The notes under the pieces: generated by a model
Told to the model about the DNA's origin: nothing
Seen by the model: the letters and a program-made list of their open reading frames with translations, nothing else
The model's database searches: none
Program-made: the position numbers and the translations under genes
IMG/VR virus record: IMGVR_UViG_3300025120_014381
Span: 9,421-73,420 of that record
DNA length: 64,000 nucleotides
Direction: 5' to 3' (one strand)
DNA from: a virus
Shown: positions 45,635 to 55,459 of the stretch, in pieces
Numbering within the stretch: the first letter of the stretch is position 1
Layout of the letters: every line of letters starts with the position of its first letter

Positions 45635-47782
45635 TTAGCGTGTTACAATTGTTACAACATCATCAGCTTCTAAATCGAAACCAAAACGAAGAATTCTTGC
45701 TTGGCCTACAACTGCTACATAATCAACTGCACCAGTCCCAACATTGACATCAGTACCAGAAAGTAATAGCTGACCATTTACAAACACGTCAGATCGATCA
45801 AAAGCAAGTGATCTAAGATCGTCAGGTTGTGTACCAGCTGCAAGCCCAGATGTTTGCATATCAACATTCGAACCAGAAGCGATTCCAGCTGCACCAATAA
45901 CTCTTGCGGCTTTCTTGATATTAGCTCCACCTACATCGGCAAAACTTAGTACACCAGAACCATTAGTCGTCAGTGCTTGTCCATTACTACCAACACTACT
46001 TGGTAATGTAAGCGTAATATTACCTGTTGAAGCTGGACCTGCAAGTGTGACAGCATTTGAGCCATTTGCATCAGCTTCTTGGAAACTGATTTTACCAGCA
46101 GCACCACCACCGTCAAGAACTAAATTAGAACCTGAGAGCGTTGTTACGGGTGCTGTTAACGTGGAGTCAAAGTTTAAGAACCTGTACTCATCAACAAGAA
46201 TTCTGGCATTATCATTAGCTTTAACATCAATCTGTAATTTTGTACCAGGAGATCCAAGAACATCTTGGAAAACTACCTGTCCACCACCTGGTCTGAAAGT
46301 AATATTTCTAAGTCCAGATGAAGATAAGATTAATTCAGTAGAACTTCCACCAAGACCACCAACTTGTGCTTCTGAAACATTAAAGAAAGTATGACTAGTA
46401 CTACCCAAGACAACGTCGTTACCTTGTGCACCAGAGATTACAAATTGAGAACCATTCAAGTCAGCTTTTAATGTTGCAGCAAGTTGACCAATTTGATTAA
46501 CGTTAATTGTCGCACTGTTTGATTCTAAGCCTAAACTACCACCGTTGTGCCCACCAGAAACGATTAGATCGTTACTTGAGAAAAGAAGTTTACCTTTACC
46601 TGTTCCGTTTTCTGAAAGAGAGATATCCTTGTTGTTACCAGCGTTAAGATTTAAGTGGTTTGCAGTTGTAATTTGTAAGGCTGCAGCACCAGCAAAACCT
46701 GGCGAACTGTCATTAATCTGGATCTTGTTTGTGTTGCCTTTAACCTCTAAAGAAGCTGCGCGCCAACTAATATCAGTAAAGTTAGCAGTAGAAGAGTTAC
46801 CAATAGATCCACTATGAGAAGCAACTGCCCCAACGCCAAATGAGTTGTTTGAACCGTTGATCTTACCAATAATAACATCTGGTCTTGCTGAAACATTAGA
46901 ACCTGATGTAAAGATAATACCAGAGTCTGTGTTTGCAGCGACTGAGTCACCAGCAAGAGCAAGAAACTTATCATGAATTGTCACATTAGTCGAGTTAACA
47001 GTAGTTGTTGTACCTGCAACACTAAAGTTACCAGCAACGACAACAGTTGTACTAGAACCACCTAAAGTTAATGCATTTCCACCAACACTAGCACCAATAT
47101 TAGCAGCACCAGCAGCAAAGTCTAAGTCGTTACCTGAAACAGTTAAGTCTCCAGCAATAGTAGCGTCACCATCATTATTTAACGTAATTGTAGTTGTACC
47201 GTCAGCAGACTTGATATCTTGCCCACCAACAACAATGTCACCGCTTACTTTTACAAGATCTTCTGTAAGAAGAAGTGTTCCACCAGTTTCCGAGTCAATT
47301 GTTGAACCGTTTGTGAGTGTAACCTTACCGCCTCCAATTGTAACGTCTCCAGCGAACGTTACATCTCTGTCTGCAGAGTTAAGGGTAATGTTTGGTGTTG
47401 TACCTACTGCATTACCTAAACCAATTTTAAGTTTATCGTCTGTATCGTCAAGCCCTACATAAAAGTCTTTTGCGTTACCGTCAAATACGATCGCTGTGTC
47501 CTCAGCACCTGCATCACCAATTGTGAGTGTTGGGGTTGTGCCTTTAAGTGTTATGTCAGTATGAAATTCACCTGCTGCTGCTTTAGCAAAAGTATCACCA
47601 CCGTGAATTCTTTTAATTGCTGACGCCATTTCTGAAAGAACGCCTACCATCGAACCTGAAGTCAAACCTAATGCTAATAAATTAGCCCCTGCGTTTGCAC
47701 CAAGATTGTCGACGATGCTGCCTTCTCTGTCTGCGAATGACCCGGTCAATTGACCTAGTCTGAGTTGTGTTCTTGAAGCCAT
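45635..47782 (-). CDS. Tail fibre / virion structural protein
   Basis: G/T/N-rich beta repeats (AGDLTVSGNDL, GTTTTVNSTNVTI.D, TLPSSVGSNGQALTTNGSGVLSF), C-terminal DVFVNGQLL. Confidence 0.75.
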   Translation of the reverse strand: MASRTQLRLGQLTGSFADREGSIVDNLGANAGANLLALGLTSGSMVGVLSEMASAIKRIHGGDTFAKAAAGEFHTDITLKGTTPTLTIGDAGAEDTAIVFDGNAKDFYVGLDDTDDKLKIGLGNAVGTTPNITLNSADRDVTFAGDVTIGGGKVTLTNGSTIDSETGGTLLLTEDLVKVSGDIVVGGQDIKSADGTTTITLNNDGDATIAGDLTVSGNDLDFAAGAANIGASVGGNALTLGGSSTTVVVAGNFSVAGTTTTVNSTNVTIHDKFLALAGDSVAANTDSGIIFTSGSNVSARPDVIIGKINGSNNSFGVGAVASHSGSIGNSSTANFTDISWRAASLEVKGNTNKIQINDSSPGFAGAAALQITTANHLNLNAGNNKDISLSENGTGKGKLLFSSNDLIVSGGHNGGSLGLESNSATINVNQIGQLAATLKADLNGSQFVISGAQGNDVVLGSTSHTFFNVSEAQVGGLGGSSTELILSSSGLRNITFRPGGGQVVFQDVLGSPGTKLQIDVKANDNARILVDEYRFLNFDSTLTAPVTTLSGSNLVLDGGGAAGKISFQEADANGSNAVTLAGPASTGNITLTLPSSVGSNGQALTTNGSGVLSFADVGGANIKKAARVIGAAGIASGSNVDMQTSGLAAGTQPDDLRSLAFDRSDVFVNGQLLLSGTDVNVGTGAVDYVAVVGQARILRFGFDLEADDVVTIVTR

Positions 47783-47933
47783 TTTTTTCTCCCTTGTTTT
47801 AAAATAATATAGCTTAAAATAATTTTTCTAACTTAACTATAACTATCAACAACGAAACACAACTTCAATATATTTAGGTCAGTATTTTACTAACTATTAA
47901 GACCTCTGATTTATATATCTCATCTAAAAGTAA

Positions 47934-48161
47934 TTAATTTTTAAAAATAAGATTTTTTAAATTCTTAACGTGCGCATCAAACTTTGCAGATTCTGAATTA
48001 GCAAAAGAAACAGCATGCTGTCCGGCTTCATTTTTTGAATCATCAAATTCAAAACGAAACCTTCCGTTTCTTTCCCTGTTAGCATTTAACAATTTCATAC
48101 CCTTCATCATTAAAAAAGCGGCAATCGCAATATCAGACGTTACATAGATATTTTGACTCAT
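47934..48161 (-). CDS. DUF5659-like conserved phage protein
   Basis: VTSDIAIAAFL..KG...RFRFEF. Confidence 0.6.
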   Translation of the reverse strand: MSQNIYVTSDIAIAAFLMMKGMKLLNANRERNGRFRFEFDDSKNEAGQHAVSFANSESAKFDAHVKNLKNLIFKN

Positions 48162-49516
48162 GATACTACCTTGTTATACATTGCTAACACTAAGCTGCCC
48201 ACCTCGGGTACCGAACCGGTTGCAAAATACACATTAGAACCGGTGACTGAATAATCTTGAAAAGTTGTTAATCCGGGGGGTGTTTGGAGTTGTCCATTCA
48301 CAAATATACTTATCTCGTTAGAAGTAAAAGGTGTATTTGCGAGAGTAAAAAGTGTGTTCAAACCATTGGAAGTTCCAGTTAACAATTCATTAAAGACAAA
48401 CTCCTTATTGGTCTTTAATGACCCCGATATTTTTACATCACCCCCAAAAACTGTTGTGCCCTTGTCTGATGTAGAACCCATCGAACTAATAGAACCTGAT
48501 ATAAAGAAATTATTATCAGTACCAGCAAAGCTAGGCAAACTACCATTAGCACCTGATCCGATTAAGACAGAGCCAGTGATAGCTAATGCTATACTATTTG
48601 AACCGGCAACTTTTAATTGGATTGGCTGTCTGTCAACTGTTACAACAGCTCCTGCTCCTGCACCACCTTCATCATATGCTTGATCAAGCGTATTTTGTGT
48701 GTCAGAACCAGCACCACCAGTTGAGCTTATTGTGACTTGTCCACTAGAACCTGATGTTATTGTTACATTATTACCGGCAACTAAATATGATTTACCGTCT
48801 GTAAGCTGTTGCAAAGATCCGGAGAGGGTGTTTTCAAAAAATCCTTCACTTGCAAAATTTCCAACATATGCGAAGGCTTTAGCGTGTGCAGGTATTTTAG
48901 ACGAATTATAATCTTGTAAAAATAATATGCCATTGTAAAAATCTACATTCCAATCAATATTATCTAAAAGAGGTATTTCATCGCCAATACCTCCCGAACC
49001 ATCATCTTTGTAAATTTTTATTATATATGGATTTGGCGCAGTTCTTGAGAAAAAAGGTGGTATTAATTGAACACGACCTAAAGTTTCATGAACTGTTTTG
49101 TTATTGTTGAAGTCGCCGTTTCCTTTCTTAAGATTACTTGAATTTGATTGATAGTCTGATCTAAAAGCAAATTCATAAGTGTGAGGTCCAGAAGTTTGTG
49201 AAGCTTCGCCAGAATCTGACCCGGCACCACCATCAGGTGATGTTTCATTTGCGTCATATGTTGTACCTGCCAAAGAAGATAAGGCAAAGTGAACATACTC
49301 AACTGTGGTGGGAGCACCGTTCGAGGCACTTTGAAGCAAATAAAGTGTTTGGGATGGACTGTCTGGTATTGATTGCCCGAACAAAAGAGAAGAAGCCGCT
49401 TGGATATTGGATCCAATTAATTCCTCGCCATCGGTCTTTAAGTTTGAGGTGTGCGCCTTACCTAAAAGTTTCTTTTGGGCAAAAAATGTAGCTGAAGTAT
49501 TACTTTTTCCTGCCAT
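48158..49516 (-). CDS. Virion structural protein
   Basis: TLDQAYDEGG, LSGSLQQLTDGKSYLVAGNNVTI, C-terminal NGLNTLFTL...IFVNGQLQ; start placed at MAGKSN. Confidence 0.7.
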   Translation of the reverse strand: MAGKSNTSATFFAQKKLLGKAHTSNLKTDGEELIGSNIQAASSLLFGQSIPDSPSQTLYLLQSASNGAPTTVEYVHFALSSLAGTTYDANETSPDGGAGSDSGEASQTSGPHTYEFAFRSDYQSNSSNLKKGNGDFNNNKTVHETLGRVQLIPPFFSRTAPNPYIIKIYKDDGSGGIGDEIPLLDNIDWNVDFYNGILFLQDYNSSKIPAHAKAFAYVGNFASEGFFENTLSGSLQQLTDGKSYLVAGNNVTITSGSSGQVTISSTGGAGSDTQNTLDQAYDEGGAGAGAVVTVDRQPIQLKVAGSNSIALAITGSVLIGSGANGSLPSFAGTDNNFFISGSISSMGSTSDKGTTVFGGDVKISGSLKTNKEFVFNELLTGTSNGLNTLFTLANTPFTSNEISIFVNGQLQTPPGLTTFQDYSVTGSNVYFATGSVPEVGSLVLAMYNKVVS

Positions 49517-52500
49517 TATCCGCTCCACGTGACAGTAATCTTATTAAGATATCCTGTCCAGTTTTTGTGTGCAGAAATTTTTACCACAACATACTCAGCT
49601 CCTGATGCAGTTCCGTCGACAGTCGATCCGTTAAATGTACAAACGTTTGTTGCATTCGACAAATCAACGGTAGAATCAGCATCTCCAAACAAACAACCAT
49701 CACCATCAGTAATATTACCAGAACCTGCTGAGGGTGTGCCTAGATCCAAAAATCCTGTTTTTCCTGGTACTTTTAACTCTACAAAAATATTTTTATTTGA
49801 ACCTAAGGAGGAAGATTTTCCAACTATGGTGGCATCTCCGTTAAGAACTAGTGTTATTCTTGCTAAGTCGTTTGATGTTGGATTTAAGAAACCTCTGTAA
49901 TATTCCCTTGTTGACTCACTTAATGAACTATAATTTACATTGTTTGGAGGTCCATCAAATATGCCTCCATCAGAATAATTTCTAAAGTCACCGGCACTTC
50001 CTCCGTCGAGCGGACTTATTAATTTATTATCAAAAAGCATTAAACCATTAAAGTAATTTGGAAAATTAGAATTGTCATTTAACGATCCCGTAGATGACCA
50101 TTTAAAGAGACCGTTTGTTACATTAGCTTGTGCTAAATAACTTCCACTTTGTATTCTAAATGATTCTCCACTAAAATTTTCAGTTGTATTGACATTTGAA
50201 GCGTCACTTGCGGAAAATACTAGTAAAATTGACGATGTCATTACCAAAGTGCTGTGTGTATCTAAATTGGTCTTCAAAGGATGATCAAAGACTAATGATC
50301 CTGTCATGGACTTTCTTGCATAATTTGCGTATGTTCCTACAAGAGAACCGGTTGACGAAAATCTAAGTGATCCTGTTACTGTACAAGTTTGTTGCTCAGA
50401 ATTTGTAGTTGTTTTTAACGTTTGAAGTGACGCAATTGATGCAACTGAAGTTTTTGTAGATGTTATTCCGGTACCTGACTGTATAATTTTAACACCACTT
50501 GCGTTTGATAAGTTTGCAAATGAAATTGCAGAATTACTGTCTGAATACACATTTCTGTAAATATTATTTACTTTTACCTCTAAACTTCCGCTAGGTTGGA
50601 CAAAATATTTAACACCACTTAAATTAAATATTTCATCATCTTTTGCAGGTTGAAATTTTAGGTCTGTTATACTTAATCCGTTTGCATCATTGTCATTAAC
50701 CCATTCGACATAATTTGTTGTTCTAGTACCCCATGACCCAACATGTTTTACTCTTGCATAATTCCAACCGTTTCTTTGATGTGTGGTGTGCACCCTATAT
50801 TTTCCAGTTCTTTGTATTTCAAGAAAGTGAGGTACTTCATTATCAAATTCTGCCGCTTTCCAGACGCTTAAATCAAAAAATCCACTGTTGCTCGTAAATG
50901 TTGTACCTGTTCCGGAACCTGGGTTACCTGCACCAACGTTATCAAATGCACCTGCTAAATTTACTGTATGCACATTTGATCCGTTTACTTCAAGAACTAA
51001 AGATCCGCTGTTTGCGTCAGAAAAAGAATTTGCAACAAAATCAGGAGAAGTAGCAGACACATCTTCATTTAAGTCACCTTCTATTACCGTGTCAAGTGCA
51101 AAAACTGACCTACGAAGATTATTTGAATTTGCTGACGTTTCATAAAGACCGTTGACGTCAACAGCTGCTTCTATACCGGCTGATGAACCGACACTGGTAT
51201 AACCTGATATAGCTTTTGATGACCCAAATGATAGATTCGAATCTGTTCCATCATTATTGCAGTCGATATCGTCTAAGTCAGGTATTGCTGATATTGTTCC
51301 TGTACCTGCACCAAAAGAAACTGTTATACTGTCGATGTAACCTGACCAATCAGCGTCAGCTTCGACACGAACCCCAATGTACTCATTATTACCTACACTA
51401 ACTGTGCCTAAAGTAACAATGTTAGTTGCGTTTAAAGAATTATCAAAAGAAAGCGATCCGTTAGCAGTATGAGCCCCGTCATTATCTTCATACTCATCTA
51501 ATACAAATTCTGTTGCAAGATCTAACCAACCTGTTGATCTAGTGCCGTCACTTGGAAATTTTACAAAAACTCTTATTCTTCCACTATTGAGTACTGTTGC
51601 TGCAGGAACAATGGTCGACCCAGCTCCATTTATTGTTATAGAAAAATCTTGCTTATCTGAGCCAGTTTCATTTTTAAACCATCTATAAAATGTTCGCTGG
51701 CCGGATTGTCCAGAATAATTAGGATTTTCACTTGGGGCATTATCTAATTTACCACCATCAGAAGTTGAACGAAAGTCACCAGATAAAAGTGTGTTGGTCG
51801 GAGAGTACAATCTACTATCATAGAACTGTAGACCGTTAGTATGTGCTCCATTAGAAGCAGTCATATGAACAGTACTGTCCCAAGCATTGTCGGAGTGTAC
51901 TAAAGAAGCTTGTGTATCATAAGCACCACTAATAATTCTGTATTCTTCGCGTCTAAAATTCTCAACTAATGCTGTTGAATTATTAGTCAAATTATACATT
52001 AAAATACCTGTGGCAACTGATTCGCCACCAGCAGACAAGTTTGTTTTAAAAGGATGTGTTACATTGATTGATGATGTCAGAGCGCCACTTAAAAAATAAT
52101 TAGCTGATACTTGCCCGGAGCCGGTTACATGCAAAATCTTAGTATGATTTTCGCTAACACCAATAGTTGGTTTTGACTGAGCTGCTATGCTAAAAGAAGG
52201 GTTAGAAGATAGAAGTGAATTATTGTTAGTTGTAAAAGTTATGTTATTACTGTCGTAAACATTTCTATAAGCATTTTTTACTCTTGTTTTGTATTCACCC
52301 GTACCACTTCTAAAATATTCAATTCCGGATAAGTGTATACTTCCACTCCCTTCGAAGCTAATTGTATTACCTTCAGCTGCTAAAGGAGTCGCTTCATCAT
52401 CATTAACCCACTCTATATAATTTGTTGTGGTGGTTGAACCACTCTTAACATGTTGAATTCTCGCGTAATTCCATCCTCTGCGCTGACTTCCAGATGCAAT

Positions 52501-53313
52501 TACAAATTGTCCTGTTCTATGTTTAAATGAATCAAAAGCGTTACCATTTGAAAACGTTCCTGTGGTAGGTAATGAAAATAAGTTAAAACCCGATCCATTG
52601 GCATCTAAGTGAGAACCGGTTCCTATACCTGATGAGCTGCTTCCAATTGATGCTACAGTCAAATCTATTTGTTTAACAGTCGTACCATTAACGTTTAACT
52701 TTAAAACACCAATATCACCATCACCGAAAGAAAAGGCAGGAAAATTTACTACATTATTTCCTTGACTATTTGCAGAAACGTCAGCATTGAGTGCACCGCT
52801 AATGTGTGTATCTCCGTTAAATGCACCCAGCCTTATACTATTGCTACTTGTCAAAACATTATATGCACCATTAACATCAACAGTAGCTGCCACACCGGCT
52901 GTTGCAGCAACACTAGTATACGATGGATTACTAGAGGCTAAGTTATTAGAAGAGCCAAAAGATAAAAATAAGTTTGTGCCTGTTTGAGAGGAATTAATAT
53001 CATCTAAGTTTGGTGCAGGAGATGGTGCCAGTGCTTTAAGTACTTCATTTATTCTATCAACTGCAGTCCCTACAGGAGTATTAATTGTAAAGTCTGTAAA
53101 AAGACCATCTAAATAAGTTCCATCTTCAGCTTCACCAATAGCTGTTCCAGCATCTAAGCTTGCAGTAATGACAAAATTACCTGACCCATGATCAGAGATA
53201 GTTATATTAGGACCAGCTTTTAAACTTCCTGATAAAAAACCGCCGAAACCGTCGGCAACCTGAATTGACCCTGCCGAGCCGGTAGACTCGTTTACTCTTA
53301 ACGCTGTCATCAA
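49516..53313 (-). CDS. Large virion structural protein with internal tandem duplication
   Basis: Two related ~580-aa halves (PNLDDI...LSFGSS...VDVNG; GWNYAR...TNY.EWVND; LSG..YF; HP.KTNL; TG.LDL). Confidence 0.75.
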   Translation of the reverse strand: MMTALRVNESTGSAGSIQVADGFGGFLSGSLKAGPNITISDHGSGNFVITASLDAGTAIGEAEDGTYLDGLFTDFTINTPVGTAVDRINEVLKALAPSPAPNLDDINSSQTGTNLFLSFGSSNNLASSNPSYTSVAATAGVAATVDVNGAYNVLTSSNSIRLGAFNGDTHISGALNADVSANSQGNNVVNFPAFSFGDGDIGVLKLNVNGTTVKQIDLTVASIGSSSSGIGTGSHLDANGSGFNLFSLPTTGTFSNGNAFDSFKHRTGQFVIASGSQRRGWNYARIQHVKSGSTTTTNYIEWVNDDEATPLAAEGNTISFEGSGSIHLSGIEYFRSGTGEYKTRVKNAYRNVYDSNNITFTTNNNSLLSSNPSFSIAAQSKPTIGVSENHTKILHVTGSGQVSANYFLSGALTSSINVTHPFKTNLSAGGESVATGILMYNLTNNSTALVENFRREEYRIISGAYDTQASLVHSDNAWDSTVHMTASNGAHTNGLQFYDSRLYSPTNTLLSGDFRSTSDGGKLDNAPSENPNYSGQSGQRTFYRWFKNETGSDKQDFSITINGAGSTIVPAATVLNSGRIRVFVKFPSDGTRSTGWLDLATEFVLDEYEDNDGAHTANGSLSFDNSLNATNIVTLGTVSVGNNEYIGVRVEADADWSGYIDSITVSFGAGTGTISAIPDLDDIDCNNDGTDSNLSFGSSKAISGYTSVGSSAGIEAAVDVNGLYETSANSNNLRRSVFALDTVIEGDLNEDVSATSPDFVANSFSDANSGSLVLEVNGSNVHTVNLAGAFDNVGAGNPGSGTGTTFTSNSGFFDLSVWKAAEFDNEVPHFLEIQRTGKYRVHTTHQRNGWNYARVKHVGSWGTRTTNYVEWVNDNDANGLSITDLKFQPAKDDEIFNLSGVKYFVQPSGSLEVKVNNIYRNVYSDSNSAISFANLSNASGVKIIQSGTGITSTKTSVASIASLQTLKTTTNSEQQTCTVTGSLRFSSTGSLVGTYANYARKSMTGSLVFDHPLKTNLDTHSTLVMTSSILLVFSASDASNVNTTENFSGESFRIQSGSYLAQANVTNGLFKWSSTGSLNDNSNFPNYFNGLMLFDNKLISPLDGGSAGDFRNYSDGGIFDGPPNNVNYSSLSESTREYYRGFLNPTSNDLARITLVLNGDATIVGKSSSLGSNKNIFVELKVPGKTGFLDLGTPSAGSGNITDGDGCLFGDADSTVDLSNATNVCTFNGSTVDGTASGAEYVVVKISAHKNWTGYLNKITVTWSG

Positions 53314-53410
53314 CTATACTCTAACTAAAACTAAACTAAACTAAACATAAAAGAGAAGAATCTCTCGAACGTATAAATATATTTATCCGGGAAAAAAAGT
53401 AAATTCTTTT

Positions 53411-54304
53411 TTAATTAATCTCAGATAGAAGCTGCTGTATATCTAATCCTGCGCAATCTATTTTCTTACGTGTTAAATGATAGTGGCTTACAAAACCTTT
53501 AAATCTGCCGGCAGCTGCAGAAGTTGAAACATTTTTGAGAGTGTTGCCTTCTTTATCTTTAGGACATTTTAAAGGAATTCCAACACCGACATTAATAGAC
53601 TTCCAGAGTGCTTTCAAAGCTTCTAACTGGACTGGGTAAAATCCAGTAAAATCTTTAAGTGGTGCTCCGTGCACAGTTTCACCGCTTATTATTGGCCTCT
53701 CTCCGTATCCATTTTTTTTGTACCAACCTTGATATTTAGGATCATATGCATTTGATATTTCTACCCCAATTGAATTGTGATTAAGTTTCTTACTTCCAGC
53801 ATGATAAGCAGCATGATTTGTGTCAAGTAGTTGATATATTGTACCGTCATTATCAATTAAGAAGTGAACAGCTAATCCTCGTTTTTCAAGTACTTTGTGA
53901 CATGTCCTACTATTCAAACAAACATCCCAGTGATTTACAAACATGCTAATTTCTCTTGGCTCAAAATAAGATGTGTAACCTTTTCTAGCTTTATAACCTT
54001 TGTCTTCAGACCAAAGAACAACTTTTTCCCATTCAATTGGTATAAAATTTCCGTGGTGAACAATATGAGCGTTTTCTTTTGATTCTATAGTATCAGGCTC
54101 ATAATCATCAATTTCACTCTGTCTTTCAGTAAATATTCTTCTGTGTGTCCCGGGACCGCACAATCCATCTGGTTTCAAACCATTCTTCTTCTGCCAAACT
54201 TTAATTGCATCAATTAAATCTTCATCAAATTCATTACAGTTAAACCACTCAGGAGTCCAACCTAACTTAGCAGATGAACTCTCGTTATAAAAAATTTTAT
54301 CCAT
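53411..54304 (-). CDS. N-acetylmuramoyl-L-alanine amidase with PG-binding domain (endolysin candidate)
   Basis: WQKKNGLKPDGLCGPGT; VNHWD, VHFLIDNDGTIYQ, AYHAG, SIGVEI, SHYH...KIDC. Confidence 0.85.
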   Translation of the reverse strand: MDKIFYNESSSAKLGWTPEWFNCNEFDEDLIDAIKVWQKKNGLKPDGLCGPGTHRRIFTERQSEIDDYEPDTIESKENAHIVHHGNFIPIEWEKVVLWSEDKGYKARKGYTSYFEPREISMFVNHWDVCLNSRTCHKVLEKRGLAVHFLIDNDGTIYQLLDTNHAAYHAGSKKLNHNSIGVEISNAYDPKYQGWYKKNGYGERPIISGETVHGAPLKDFTGFYPVQLEALKALWKSINVGVGIPLKCPKDKEGNTLKNVSTSAAAGRFKGFVSHYHLTRKKIDCAGLDIQQLLSEIN

Positions 54305-54762
54305 CAGATACCTCTTTTTACGCGCTGTGTCAACAAGTAATAGTAGCCTTCATATTGATTTGCTGCAGAGGCAAGATAGTCATCCATGCCTAAGGTAAGT
54401 GCTCCACACTTTTCTAGAATTTTATATAATTCAGTTAAGTTTGCAATATGATTTCTCATATATTCTAAACCAATTCCTGCAATAGCGTCAGCACCTCTTC
54501 CAGCTGGAGTCTCATATTGGGAAAGAACTTTTGCTGCGATTTCAGTTATCATCATTGGACATGCGACGTCTTCAGTATCTGCAACCATAATTGATTTTTC
54601 AATAAGCTTGTCAAAATCTTCTGATATACCGTTGTAGATTTCGCCATACAAATTAACGTGGTCTCCTGCAAAGCTCACACCCTTAGTAACGTGGTGTGCT
54701 GCGTGAAACCATGTGTGTAAACCTTTTGTACAACCGATATAACTCAATAAAGCATCTTTCAT
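54304..54762 (-). CDS. Dps/ferritin-like protein
   Basis: HAAHHVTKG.SF.GDH..LYGEIY......D...EK. Confidence 0.65.
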   Translation of the reverse strand: MKDALLSYIGCTKGLHTWFHAAHHVTKGVSFAGDHVNLYGEIYNGISEDFDKLIEKSIMVADTEDVACPMMITEIAAKVLSQYETPAGRGADAIAGIGLEYMRNHIANLTELYKILEKCGALTLGMDDYLASAANQYEGYYYLLTQRVKRGI

Positions 54763-54785
54763 TTTTAGTCTCCTGTTACCTGTAA

Positions 54786-55388
54786 TTATTCGAAGTCTAT
54801 AGTAACATCTACGTTAACGCTAATTTTTGGAACTCTAATGTTGTTAGCTAAATTGTGTTTAATACATTCATCAGCAGTGAGAAACCAATCAGCATGTTTT
54901 TTCTTATCTACTAATTTAAGAAAATAATCATCTTTCTTGCCACAATTTTGTGCCATCATTTTGTATACAACTGCATTTAAACGCTCTGTTTCTTTTGCGC
55001 TGGCGACTACTTCTTCAACTTTACCTAGTTGTCCTGAAGAAACATCATGAATCATTACTGTTGCATCTTTATCTACAAAACGATACCCTTCACTTCCAAA
55101 TGATAATAATATTGCACCGCAACTCATAGCTTTACCTTCAACGATTGTTGCTATTGGTAATTCTGAATTTTTAATTGTTGATATCATTGACATTAAAGAA
55201 TAAACTTGTCCGCCGTATGAATCAATCACAACAGGGATAATTTTTTGTCCGGTATTGTGTGCCATGGCAATTTTTGTTCTAAATTCTTTTGCCGATTCTT
55301 CATCAAACTTATTGACTGTTATGATTACTGGGTTGTGATGTAATTCAAATTCTTTTACCTCTGAGGCAACATTATATTTCCAAAGCAT
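54786..55388 (-). CDS. clpP: ClpP-family protease
   Basis: IDSYGGQV, GKAMSCGA, VMIHD, DWFLTADE. Confidence 0.85.
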   Translation of the reverse strand: MLWKYNVASEVKEFELHHNPVIITVNKFDEESAKEFRTKIAMAHNTGQKIIPVVIDSYGGQVYSLMSMISTIKNSELPIATIVEGKAMSCGAILLSFGSEGYRFVDKDATVMIHDVSSGQLGKVEEVVASAKETERLNAVVYKMMAQNCGKKDDYFLKLVDKKKHADWFLTADECIKHNLANNIRVPKISVNVDVTIDFE

Positions 55389-55412
55389 TTTTCACCTTCC
55401 TGTTTAATTTAT

Positions 55413-55449
55413 ATTATACAAAAAAAAGAGAGACTTTATATCTCTCTTT
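55413..55449 (-). promoter_or_regulatory. Terminator hairpin overlapped by promoter ATATAA-N17-TATAAT
   Basis: AAAGAGAGA-TATAAAG-TCTCTCTTT-T-tract; -35 55436-55441, -10 55413-55418. Confidence 0.6.
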
Positions 55450-55459
55450 AAATTTAAAT

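Noticed and set aside
47783-47933. Long intergenic gap as a possible tRNA or ncRNA
   Set aside because: No cloverleaf or stable stem seen; explained by tandem ATAGTTA late-type promoter motifs.
53322-53350. (CTAAA)n microrepeat upstream of the 1265-aa gene
   Set aside because: Low-complexity leader sequence with no second occurrence or structure to support a function.
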